DNA of 64,000 bases from Candidatus Bathyarchaeia archaeon (GTDB taxonomy: Bacteria; Hydrogenedentota; Hydrogenedentia; Hydrogenedentales; SLHB01): the NCBI GenBank assembly GCA_035530195.1, contig DATKVG010000217.1, forward strand, positions 5,241-69,240, in the 5' to 3' direction. The notes under the pieces were generated by a model. It was given only the letters and a program-made list of their open reading frames with translations. It was not told the DNA's origin and searched no databases. Position 1 is the stretch's first letter. Every line of letters begins with the position of its first letter. The position numbers and the translations under genes were made by a program. This document shows, piece by piece, positions 35,379 through 44,052 of the stretch.

Positions 35379-37190
35379 TTAATCATCCTCGTCCACGCGG
35401 AGCAGCGCCATAAACGCCTCCTGCGGCACTTCGACCAGCCCAACCTGTTTCATGCGGCGCTTGCCTTCTTTCTGTTTCTCGAGCAGTTTGCGCTTGCGCG
35501 TGATGTCGCCACCATAACACTTCGCCGTCACATTCTTCCGCAACGGTTTCACCGTCTCCCGCACGATAATCCGGCTGCCGATCGCCGCCTGGATCGCCAC
35601 CTCGAACTGCTGGCGCGGGATCGCCTTGCGCAACCGAGACGCCAGCCGCCGCCCGATCATTACGGCCCGGTCCCGGTGCACGATGCTCGACAGCGCGTCC
35701 ACCGGCTCCCCGTTCAGCAGCAGGTCGAGCTTGACCAGCTCGCCCGGCCGGTAGCCGATAATGCGATACTCGAGCGAGCCGTAGCCGCGCGTGAGCGTCT
35801 TCAGCCGGTCGTAAAAGTCCAGCACGATCTCCGCAAGCGGCATTTGATAGACGGCCATGCACCGCTTCGAATCGATGTAATCGACCCGGACGTGGATCCC
35901 GCGCTTTTTCTTGCACAACTCGATCACCGCGCTCAGATATTCGGTCGGGCAGAGGATGTCCGCCTCGATATACGGCTCCTCGATCGCTTCGATCTCGCCC
36001 GGCGGCGGCATTTTCGAGGCGTTCTCGATGATGAACTCTTCCCCGCTCGCCTTGACGATATGGTACGCCACGTTCGGCACCGTCGACACCAGCGTCAGGT
36101 TGAACTCCCGCTCGAGACGCTCCTGGATAATCTCCATGTGCAGCAGCCCCAGAAAGCCCAGCCGGTACCCCAGCCCAAGCGCGTCCGAACTGTCTGCCTG
36201 AAACACAAACGACGAGTCGTTCAACTGGAGCCGCTCGAGCGCGTCGCGCAACTCCTCAAAATCCGTCGCCACCGCCGGGTACATCCCGCAGAAAACCACC
36301 GGCTGAACGTCCTTGTATCCCGGCAGCGGCTCGCGGGCCGGATTTTGCGCGTCCGTAATGGTGTCGCCGATCTTTGTGTTCAGCAACGTCTTGATGTTGC
36401 AGACCACGTACCCCACCTCGCCCGCCTCCAAAACGGAACCCGGCGTCAACCCCGGCGTCAACACGCCCAACTCCGCCACCTCGTACTTCTGGTTCATCGA
36501 CATCATCAACACCTTCGACCCGGCCCGAATCGCCCCGTCCACCACACGCACGAAAACAATCACGCCACGGTACGAGTTGTACACCGCGTCGAAAATGAGC
36601 GCACGCAACGGGCCGTTCCGGTCGCCTCGTGGCGGCGGAATCCGGTGCACGATCGCCTCCAGCACCTCCCGCGCGCCGCGCCCTTCCTTGGCGCTCGCCA
36701 GGATTGCCCCGTCCGCGTCCAGCCCGATCACGTCTTCAATTTGCCGTTTGGCCGATTCGATGTCGGCGCTGGGCAGGTCGATCTTGTTGATCACCGGTAT
36801 GATTTCGAGATTCGCCTCGATGGCCTTGTACGCGTTCGCAAGCGTCTGCGCCTCGACGCCCTGCGCCGCGTCCACCAGCAGCAACGCGCCCTCGCACGCC
36901 GCCAGGCTCCGCGAAACCTCGTACGAGAAATCCACGTGACCCGGCGTGTCGATCAGGTTCAACTCGTAATCCTGCCCGTCCAACGCCCGGTAATTCATCC
37001 GTACCGCAACCGACTTGATCGTGATCCCGCGCTCGCGCTCGATGTCCATCGTATCGAGCGTCTGTTCCTTCATTTCGCGCGCCGCGACTGTCCCCGTCAA
37101 CTCGAGCAGCCGGTCGGCCAACGTCGACTTGCCATGGTCAATGTGTGCCACGATTGAAAAGTTTCGTATGCGTTCTATAGGAGTTGCCAT
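35379..37190 (-). CDS. lepA: translation elongation factor 4 (LepA)
   Basis: [33 protein letters not shown], and a full-length 603 aa EF4 C-terminus ([21 protein letters not shown]). Confidence 0.95.
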   Translation of the reverse strand: MATPIERIRNFSIVAHIDHGKSTLADRLLELTGTVAAREMKEQTLDTMDIERERGITIKSVAVRMNYRALDGQDYELNLIDTPGHVDFSYEVSRSLAACEGALLLVDAAQGVEAQTLANAYKAIEANLEIIPVINKIDLPSADIESAKRQIEDVIGLDADGAILASAKEGRGAREVLEAIVHRIPPPRGDRNGPLRALIFDAVYNSYRGVIVFVRVVDGAIRAGSKVLMMSMNQKYEVAELGVLTPGLTPGSVLEAGEVGYVVCNIKTLLNTKIGDTITDAQNPAREPLPGYKDVQPVVFCGMYPAVATDFEELRDALERLQLNDSSFVFQADSSDALGLGYRLGFLGLLHMEIIQERLEREFNLTLVSTVPNVAYHIVKASGEEFIIENASKMPPPGEIEAIEEPYIEADILCPTEYLSAVIELCKKKRGIHVRVDYIDSKRCMAVYQMPLAEIVLDFYDRLKTLTRGYGSLEYRIIGYRPGELVKLDLLLNGEPVDALSSIVHRDRAVMIGRRLASRLRKAIPRQQFEVAIQAAIGSRIIVRETVKPLRKNVTAKCYGGDITRKRKLLEKQKEGKRRMKQVGLVEVPQEAFMALLRVDEDD

Positions 37191-37205
37191 CTTCTACAGC
37201 ATCTA

Positions 37206-37267
37206 TTGTGGTGCGGGCGTCCCGCCTGCACGGTTTTCGCATTGTAGCGCAGGCGTCCCGCCTGCAT
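37206..37267. repeat. two tandem copies of dispersed element family A
   Basis: ttgtggtgcgggcgtcccgcctgcac (37206-37231) and ttgtagcgcaggcgtcccgcctgcat (37242-37267), lying between the recO stop and the lepA start. Confidence 0.85.
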
Positions 37268-37274
37268 CCGTCCT

Positions 37275-38021
37275 TTAAAGCCTGAATATCTCGTCAATGA
37301 TTCGCGCGCTCCGGAAATCCACCTCCAACTGCCTCGACGCATACATCCGCAGCACCTTGAAAAGCGAGCCCGCCGTCCCTGTGTCCGGGCACGACGAACT
37401 GTTTGCCGCAAGCGCCCGCAGCTCCTCCAATTCGCGCGCCGTCAGCCGGCGGTCGCCCACGCAATCCCTGCACGTCACCCCGCCGCGATACCCGAATCCC
37501 GCCGCGCCCGAAACCGGCCGGCCGCAATCCACACAAACATCGAGCGACGGCCCAAAACCGGCACTTATCAGCAATTGTACCACTTGCCAGCAGGCGTGCG
37601 CCCGCGCATCGCCACGCCACCCGTCCAAACTCCCAAGCCCGTGTACCAGCGTGGCAAAAAGTTCATGCGACGGCTCGTTCTCGTGCGCCACACGCAGCGC
37701 CAACTCCAGCGGAAACGCACCGTACGCGGATTTCTCCAAGTTGCCCTTGATGCGGCCGTACGACTCGAGGATGCTCGCCTCGCCCAACTGCTGCACGTCC
37801 CGCCCGTCCTTCCAGTAATAGACCACCTCGATCCGGTTGAACGTATCGAGCGCACCGCCGAACCCGCTCTTCTTCCTGCGAGCACCTTTCGCCAGGCACG
37901 CCATCCGGCCGCGCACCGGCAGAAGCAGCGTCACAATCCGGCTCGTCTCGCTGAAATCCACACCCCGCAACACCACCGCCTCCGACCGCTCCTGAGACAC
38001 TTGGTTCTCCTTTTCCCACAA
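37275..38021 (-). CDS. recO: DNA repair protein RecO
   Basis: EAVVLRGVDFSETSRIVTLL (OB fold) and the zinc motif CVDCGRPV...CRDC. Confidence 0.8.
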   Translation of the reverse strand: MWEKENQVSQERSEAVVLRGVDFSETSRIVTLLLPVRGRMACLAKGARRKKSGFGGALDTFNRIEVVYYWKDGRDVQQLGEASILESYGRIKGNLEKSAYGAFPLELALRVAHENEPSHELFATLVHGLGSLDGWRGDARAHACWQVVQLLISAGFGPSLDVCVDCGRPVSGAAGFGYRGGVTCRDCVGDRRLTARELEELRALAANSSSCPDTGTAGSLFKVLRMYASRQLEVDFRSARIIDEIFRL

Positions 38022-38199
38022 CCGGCGCCCACACTACCCGCTCAAAAAGTTCAAGGATGACACCGGCGCAAACACGCGCCAAGCCAGGCGGGAGCCATGC
38101 ATCCTGAAATGATACCATTCCACCAGTAGGCGCGCAAATGTGCGTAGGCGCGCAAATGCAGGTCGCGGTCGCGCGTTACCCACTTCGCCATCTAACGCA

Positions 38200-38228
38200 T
38201 TGGCAGGTAAGCTGAAGATTCTTATATA
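38200..38228 (+). promoter_or_regulatory. putative sigma70 promoter of the TA pair
   Basis: TTGGCA (38200-38205), a 17 nt spacer, then TATATA (38223-38228). The ATG at 38237 implies a very short or absent leader. Confidence 0.4.
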
Positions 38229-38236
38229 ATGCTTGA

Positions 38237-38491
38237 ATGAGAGAATACACAGTCAGGCTGAAGCCGAGGGCTCAGAAGGAGTTGACGCTTCTTAACAAAG
38301 AAATGCGGCAAAGACTGATAATAGCCCTTGAAAGACTTCAAAAAGACCTGGCGGGAGACGTGAAGCGCTTGACAAATTTCACGCCGGAGTATCGTTTGCG
38401 GGTTGGCGATTACCGTGTGTTATTTGAGTTGGAAGACAATGATATAATTGTTTACCGCATCTGCCCAAGGCGAGACGCGTACCGAAAGTGA
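38237..38491 (+). CDS. RelE/ParE-superfamily type II toxin
   Basis: 84 aa. KAQKEL..L....R..I...I..L, and YRLRVGDYRVLFELEDNDIIVYRICPRRDAY is the typical RelE/ParE C-terminal core. Confidence 0.7.
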   Translation: MREYTVRLKPRAQKELTLLNKEMRQRLIIALERLQKDLAGDVKRLTNFTPEYRLRVGDYRVLFELEDNDIIVYRICPRRDAYRK

Positions 38492-38500
38492 GCCTGACAA

Positions 38501-38695
38501 ATGATCGAGCTACATCCTAACTACATCGAAAAGGACGGACGAACCGAGTTCGTCGTGCTAACCATCGAGGAATTCCAGTTTCTCCGGGATCATATCGAAG
38601 ACATGGAGGATCTGCTTGATCTGCGTAATGCCAAAGCGGAAGAAGCCGACGCGCCGACAGTAACGCTCGATCAGGCCAAGTCAAAGCACGATTGA
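38501..38695 (+). CDS. putative antitoxin (Phd/YefM-like N-terminus) encoded downstream of the toxin
   Basis: 64 aa. EFVVLTIEEFQFLRDHIEDMEDLLDL resembles Phd/YefM-type antitoxins. It lies 10 nt after the toxin stop, in an acidic, low-GC region. Confidence 0.5.
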   Translation: MIELHPNYIEKDGRTEFVVLTIEEFQFLRDHIEDMEDLLDLRNAKAEEADAPTVTLDQAKSKHD

Positions 38696-38769
38696 CAAGC
38701 AACCGCCTCCCTTCTTTGCGGGCAGCACGTCTTCACACCGTTTAGCTTTCCCCCGCTTCCGGCGCTACA

Positions 38770-39708
38770 ATGCGCCCTATGCGAGCCACGCTAGATCAAC
38801 CAGGTTCCGGGGATCAAGCCCGCCGCGTCGATAACGTCTTCGCACGTGCCGCCCGCGCGGTCCGATGGCGTATTAAGACCTTGCGCCGGGCTCCGCGTGA
38901 AATCCGCGTGGACCTGCGGTGGCGGCTGGGGGACGAAATCATGGCCCTGCCCATTTATCCGGCCCTGCGCGAACGCTACCCCCGGTGCCGCGTGTCGGTC
39001 CTGTGCAACTACCCCGACCTCCTGCATGACAACCCCTACGCCGCACCCGCCGACCCCGGCGGCCCCGCGCCCGACCGCGTCATCAACCTCCGAAGCGGCC
39101 CGCGCCACGCCTACCGCCTCGCCCACTACGCCCGCCTCGCCGGGGTACCCCTGCCCGCCGCCCGCCCGTGCCTCTACTACCAGGACTGGCACACCCCGCA
39201 CCTCGACGACATCGGCGACCGGTTCGTCGCGGTCGCCGCGGGCGCATCCTGGCCAACCAAGCGCTGGCCGGCCGCCCGGTGGCGGGCCGTCTGCCGGACA
39301 ATCCAGGACCTCGGCTACAGGGTCGTTGAACTCGGCCACGCCGATGAACAAATCGGCGTCGGCCTCTCGCTGGCCGGGAGAACGTCGATCCGGGAGGCGG
39401 CCTGCGTCCTGCATTCGGCGCGGTTGCTCATAACGGGCGATACGGGCCTCATGCACCTCGCGCTGGCCGCCGGCACGCCCGTTCTGGCCTTGTTCGGCCC
39501 GACGGATCCTGACATACTGATCCGTAACGAACCTATTTTCCACGTAGTAAGGAGCACGCTGGAGTGCCGTGGATGTTGGAATCACCGCAAACAACCGTTC
39601 ACACCGGGCACATGCCCCGAAACACACGAACCTCTCCCTCCCGCACCCTGCATGCAACAGATCTCCGTAGAGCAGGTCACCGCCGCTCTCCAGAAAATCC
39701 TCTCGTAA
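38770..39708 (+). CDS. glycosyltransferase family 9 (heptosyltransferase-like)
   Basis: LGDEIMALPIYPALRERYP and GDTGLMHLALAAGTPVLALFGPTDP. Confidence 0.75.
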   Translation: MRPMRATLDQPGSGDQARRVDNVFARAARAVRWRIKTLRRAPREIRVDLRWRLGDEIMALPIYPALRERYPRCRVSVLCNYPDLLHDNPYAAPADPGGPAPDRVINLRSGPRHAYRLAHYARLAGVPLPAARPCLYYQDWHTPHLDDIGDRFVAVAAGASWPTKRWPAARWRAVCRTIQDLGYRVVELGHADEQIGVGLSLAGRTSIREAACVLHSARLLITGDTGLMHLALAAGTPVLALFGPTDPDILIRNEPIFHVVRSTLECRGCWNHRKQPFTPGTCPETHEPLPPAPCMQQISVEQVTAALQKILS

Positions 39709-39805
39709 GGGCAGTGTTGAAAAACTCGACTGATTGTTTCATGCCCGCGAAAAGCAGGAACAGTGGGCCCGGTAAAAAGACCGGGTATCGGGTTGCAGGA
39801 CCGCG

Positions 39806-39871
39806 AAAAACGGGGACAGACACGGTTTTCTCAAACTGCCGAGAAAACCGAGTCAGTCCCCGTTTTTCGCT
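39806..39871 (+). terminator. long bipartite hairpin followed by a T-run (intrinsic-terminator-like)
   Basis: aaaaacggggac...cggttttctc / gagaaaaccg...gtccccgttttt, followed by tttttcgc. Confidence 0.55.
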
Positions 39872-39875
39872 TATG

Positions 39876-39938
39876 TCATCCTTCATCCTTCATCCTTCAT
39901 CCTTTAACCCGCAATCCGCAATCCGCAATCCGCAATTG
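39876..39938. repeat. two adjacent heptanucleotide tracts: 4 x tcatcct (39876-39903) and about 3.7 x gcaatcc (39911-39938)
   Basis: Read directly from the sequence. The second tract ends 2 nt before the ATG (39941) of the GT4 gene. Confidence 0.95.
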
Positions 39939-39940
39939 CC

Positions 39941-41002
39941 ATGCGCGTCCTCTTCCTGACACTCTACCCAAACATCGCCGCCAGCCCGCGGTTGCGCGTT
40001 GGCCAGTTTATCCCATACCTCAGCGAAAATGGCATCGAGTGTACGGTCCGCTGTCCCCTCACCGAGCTCGAGTTCCGCCGCCTCACCGGCCCCGGAAGAG
40101 CCGCCCGCCCGTTCTGGTACCACCTCCGCGAGACGCCACGCCGCATCGCACAAATTCTGTCCGCGGGCCGGTACGACGTCGTGTTTGTCCAGAAGGCCAT
40201 TATGACGGCTTACCTGCGCGGCCTCGACGGCCTGTTGCGCAGGAAGTCCCGCCGCCTTGTGTATGACATCGACGACGCCGTCCACCTCGCCCCGCCCCAT
40301 CCGCTCAACAACCCGTGGAGCAAGCTCGAGGATCGCGCCCAGATCGTGAACCTCATCAAATCGGCCGACCTCGTACTCGCCGGCAACGCATGGCTCGCCG
40401 CCGCCGCCCGCGAAGTGTGCGCAAAGGTGGAACTTTTCCCGACCGTTGTCGATACCGATAAGTATGTTCCCGCCCCGACTCCGCCCGACTGCTATCGTGT
40501 AGGCTGGATCGGCAACTCGAGCACCACCGTCTGCCTCGATCCGGCCGCGAACGCGCTCGTCGCACTGCAAAACGCCCACATCTGTCTTGTGGGCGCGGAC
40601 ACCGACCGGATCCCGTGGCTACGGCGTGTTGACGCATACGAAGTTCGCCGTTGGTCGCTGAAGCGCGAGGTTGACGAGTTGCAGCGGTTCAGCGTCGGCC
40701 TGATGCCCCAGCCGCAGACCGAATGGATGCGTGGCAAATGCGCGCTCAAAGCGCTCCAATACATGGCCTGCGGCATCCCATGCGTGGCGTCGCCGTTCGG
40801 CGCGGCACTCGACATCATCCGCGACGGCGAGAACGGCCTTTTCGCCGACTCCACCGACGCCTGGCTCGACGCCGTCAACCGGCTGCGCGACCCCGCCCTC
40901 CGCCGCCGGCTGGGCGAGGCCGGGCGCGAGACTGTGCTGTCGCGATACTCGCTCAAACAGGCTGCCCCGCGCCTCCTCGAGCTCCTTCGGGAGGTGGCAT
41001 GA
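39941..41002 (+). CDS. glycosyltransferase family 4 (GT-B fold)
   Basis: MRVLFLTLYP, and a C-terminal EWMRGKCALKALQYMACGIPCVASPFGA..IIRDGENGLF (E-x7-E region). Confidence 0.7.
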   Translation: MRVLFLTLYPNIAASPRLRVGQFIPYLSENGIECTVRCPLTELEFRRLTGPGRAARPFWYHLRETPRRIAQILSAGRYDVVFVQKAIMTAYLRGLDGLLRRKSRRLVYDIDDAVHLAPPHPLNNPWSKLEDRAQIVNLIKSADLVLAGNAWLAAAAREVCAKVELFPTVVDTDKYVPAPTPPDCYRVGWIGNSSTTVCLDPAANALVALQNAHICLVGADTDRIPWLRRVDAYEVRRWSLKREVDELQRFSVGLMPQPQTEWMRGKCALKALQYMACGIPCVASPFGAALDIIRDGENGLFADSTDAWLDAVNRLRDPALRRRLGEAGRETVLSRYSLKQAAPRLLELLREVA

Positions 41003-42117
41003 TCAAGATCTGCTACGTCATCCCGTCTCTCGGCATGGGCGGCACCGAACGCCAGCTTATGCATCTCGTGCGGGGCCTGGCGCGCGATTTCGACATCAGC
41101 GTCGTCTGCACCCGCCTCGAAGGCGCGCTTGCCGGCGATGCGCGAAAGGCCGGCGCCAAACTCCGCGTAGTTCCAGCAATAAGCGGGTGGGACTTCCGGT
41201 TCCGTGGCCGGTTGCGCGCCTTTCTGCACACGCACAGGCCCGACATCCTCCACTCGTTCCTGTTTGGTTTTGACTATTTTGCGAATCTCGCCGCGCGCGA
41301 CGCCGGCGTTCCGGTCATTATTTCAAGCCGGCGCCAACTCGCAACCTGGAAAAAAGCCCGACACCTGTTCATCCAGCGGCGGGCCAACCGGCTCGTCGAC
41401 GCCATCGTCGTCAACAGCCGCGCCGTCGCCGAGTTTGCCGCCAGGCAGGAATCCGCCGACCCCGCGCTCTACCGCGTCATCCCCAACGGCATCGACCCGC
41501 ACGAATTCTTCGCCAAACCCGACCTCCGCGTACTCCGGCTCAGATACAAAATCCCGTTTCACCGCCGCGTCATTGGAATCGTCGCCAATTTCAGCCCCGT
41601 AAAAGACCACCAGCTTTTCGTTGCCACCGCACACCAACTGCTCCGCAGAAGGGCCGACCTCCATTTCCTCATGGTCGGCGACGGACCGCTCGTGCCCGCA
41701 ATCGAAAAACTTGTCCGTGCCGGCGGCGCCCCCGACTGTTTCACCCGCATCAGCACCGTCAGCGAACTTCCCGACGTGTACGCCCTCATGGACGTCTCCG
41801 TGCTGTGCTCGCACGTCGAAGGTTTCCCCAACGCGGTGCTCGAATCCATGGCCGTGGGAAAGCCCGTCGTCGCGACGGCCGTCGGCGGCATTTGCGAACT
41901 GATCCGCGACGGCGAGACCGGCCGCCTGATCCCGTCACGCGATCCCGCCGATTTCGCCGACGCCATCACCGCGCTGCTTGATCACCCTGATGCCGCCGCA
42001 CGTATGGGCAAACGGGCCGCCGCCGAAGTCAAAGCCCGCTACAGCCTCGCCGCAATGGTGGATGCCTACCGGTCGCTCTACACGGGCCTGCTGGCACGAA
42101 AACGGGCAGGGGCGTAG
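40999..42117 (+). CDS. glycosyltransferase family 4
   Basis: ATGA overlap with the upstream gene. MIKICYVIPSLGMGGTERQL, and VEGFPNAVLESMAVGKPVVATAVGGICELIRDGETGRLI. Confidence 0.8.
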   Translation: MIKICYVIPSLGMGGTERQLMHLVRGLARDFDISVVCTRLEGALAGDARKAGAKLRVVPAISGWDFRFRGRLRAFLHTHRPDILHSFLFGFDYFANLAARDAGVPVIISSRRQLATWKKARHLFIQRRANRLVDAIVVNSRAVAEFAARQESADPALYRVIPNGIDPHEFFAKPDLRVLRLRYKIPFHRRVIGIVANFSPVKDHQLFVATAHQLLRRRADLHFLMVGDGPLVPAIEKLVRAGGAPDCFTRISTVSELPDVYALMDVSVLCSHVEGFPNAVLESMAVGKPVVATAVGGICELIRDGETGRLIPSRDPADFADAITALLDHPDAAARMGKRAAAEVKARYSLAAMVDAYRSLYTGLLARKRAGA

Positions 42118-42121
42118 CGCC

Positions 42122-43984
42122 ATGTGCGGCATCTGCGGCATCTGCTACTCCGACAGGTCCAAGCGGCCCGACCTCCACGCGCTCGCGCGGATGAACAACG
42201 CCATGGCGCACCGCGGGCCCGACGATGCCGGCCTGTGGGACGGCGGCCACGTGGCGCTGGCGATGCGGCGCCTCAGTATTCTGGACCTTCCCGGCGGCCA
42301 TCAGCCCATGGCCAACGAGGATGAATCGATCCGGCTCGTGTTCAACGGCGAGATTTACAACTTCCAGGAGTTGCGGGCCGGCCTCGAGAAAACCGGACAT
42401 GTGTTCCGCACCAACTCTGACACCGAAGTCATCGTCCACGCCTACGAACAGTACGGCGACGACTGCCTCAGCCGCCTCAACGGCATGTTTGTTTTCGCCC
42501 TCTACGACGCCCGACGCGACCGCCTCCTGATCGCGCGCGACCGCCTCGGCATCAAGCCGCTCTTTTATACCGTCAACGGCGGCGCGCTCGTCTTTGCCTC
42601 CGAACTGGGCGCGCTCGTGCAATCCGGGCGCGTCGAGAAAAAAGTCAACCCGGCGGCGCTCGACGCCTATTTCACGTTCCTCTACATTCCCGCGCCCGAC
42701 ACCATCTATGAAAATGTCCGCAAACTTCGGCCCGCGCACAAACTCGTGTTCGAGCGCGGCGCCGTGTCGACTTCGCAATATTGGCGCCTCCGGTTCGAGC
42801 CCGATGATTCGTGGACGCTCGATTCCGCCGCCGAAAGATACCTCGAACTGGCCCGCGACGCCGTCCGGCTCCAGCGCATCAGCGACGTGCCGCTCGGGGC
42901 GCTCCTGAGCGGCGGCATCGACTCCAGTTCGGTGGTCGCGCTCCTCAGCGAGTGCACCGACAGGCCCGTCAAAACCTTTTCTATCGGTTTTGACGACGCC
43001 CACGCTAACGAACTCGAATGGGCCAGAATCGCCGCACAAAGGTTCAACACCGACCACACCGAAGAAATCTTGGCCCCGGATATCGCCGGTTTTGCCCGTA
43101 AAATCGCCCCGCATTTCGGCGAGCCGTTTGCCGATTCGTCCGCCGTACCCACCTGGCTCGTATCGTCCGTGGCACGCCGCCACGTCACTGTCGCCCTGTC
43201 CGGCGACGGCGGCGACGAGTGTTTCGCCGGCTACGAATGGACCAAAATGAACCGGCACGTGGCCGCCGTCAGAAACATCCCCGCGCCGCTGCGCAACATC
43301 GCAGCCGCCGCGCTTGCCGCACTGCCCTCCGATCCGCGCCTGCAAAAGGTAATACGCGTCCTCTACGACGCCCGGCTGATCCCGCGCGACGCGTTCCGCC
43401 GCCGCCTGACCTGCTTTCCTCCCAGCCTCAAAACGCGCCTGTACCAGCCGGACTTCGCCACGAGCCTGCGCAAGCCATTCATCGACCGATTCAATGAACA
43501 TGCCGACGCGGGACCGACCGACCCCGATAACTGGATGCTCTACCAAGACACCGTCATGTACCTGCCCGACGACATCCTCACCAAGGTCGACAGGACCAGC
43601 ATGGCCAACTCGATCGAGGCCCGCGTGCCTCTGCTCGACCACAGAATCGTCGAGTTTGCCGCAACCCTGCCGTTCTCGCTCAAGCTGGACCGCGGCGTGT
43701 CGAAGCGCGTGGTCAAGCACGCCCTGCAAAACATCCTGCCGCCCGAACTGCTCGTTCAGCGCAAGCGCGGGTTTGCCGTGCCGATCCATCGGTGGTTCCG
43801 CGGCGGCCTGCGCGCGCCGTTCGAGCAAGCCGTTCTGGCGCCCGGCAGCCGGTGCACCCAATTCATCGAACCTGCCGTAGCCCGGATGCTGCTCGACCAA
43901 CACCTCGCCGGCCGCGAAAACTACGGCCACCATCTCTGGGCGCTCCTCATGCTCGAATACTGGATGGAATCCGCCAACGTGTAG
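42122..43984 (+). CDS. asnB: asparagine synthase (glutamine-hydrolysing)
   Basis: MCGICG (Ntn Cys2), FNGEIYN, the SGGIDSS PP-loop, and an AsnB C-domain. Confidence 0.85.
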   Translation: MCGICGICYSDRSKRPDLHALARMNNAMAHRGPDDAGLWDGGHVALAMRRLSILDLPGGHQPMANEDESIRLVFNGEIYNFQELRAGLEKTGHVFRTNSDTEVIVHAYEQYGDDCLSRLNGMFVFALYDARRDRLLIARDRLGIKPLFYTVNGGALVFASELGALVQSGRVEKKVNPAALDAYFTFLYIPAPDTIYENVRKLRPAHKLVFERGAVSTSQYWRLRFEPDDSWTLDSAAERYLELARDAVRLQRISDVPLGALLSGGIDSSSVVALLSECTDRPVKTFSIGFDDAHANELEWARIAAQRFNTDHTEEILAPDIAGFARKIAPHFGEPFADSSAVPTWLVSSVARRHVTVALSGDGGDECFAGYEWTKMNRHVAAVRNIPAPLRNIAAAALAALPSDPRLQKVIRVLYDARLIPRDAFRRRLTCFPPSLKTRLYQPDFATSLRKPFIDRFNEHADAGPTDPDNWMLYQDTVMYLPDDILTKVDRTSMANSIEARVPLLDHRIVEFAATLPFSLKLDRGVSKRVVKHALQNILPPELLVQRKRGFAVPIHRWFRGGLRAPFEQAVLAPGSRCTQFIEPAVARMLLDQHLAGRENYGHHLWALLMLEYWMESANV

Positions 43985-44052
43985 GGATCTTGCAGTAGAC
44001 CCCCGGAGGCGATAGGATGGGGTGGCGCAAGATCGCCTGAAGGTAAGCCCTA

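Noticed and set aside
34881-37157. 758 aa ORF antisense to lepA and lepB-2
   Set aside because: lepA on the minus strand is unambiguous. The antisense product is Arg/His/Pro-rich with no domain signature.
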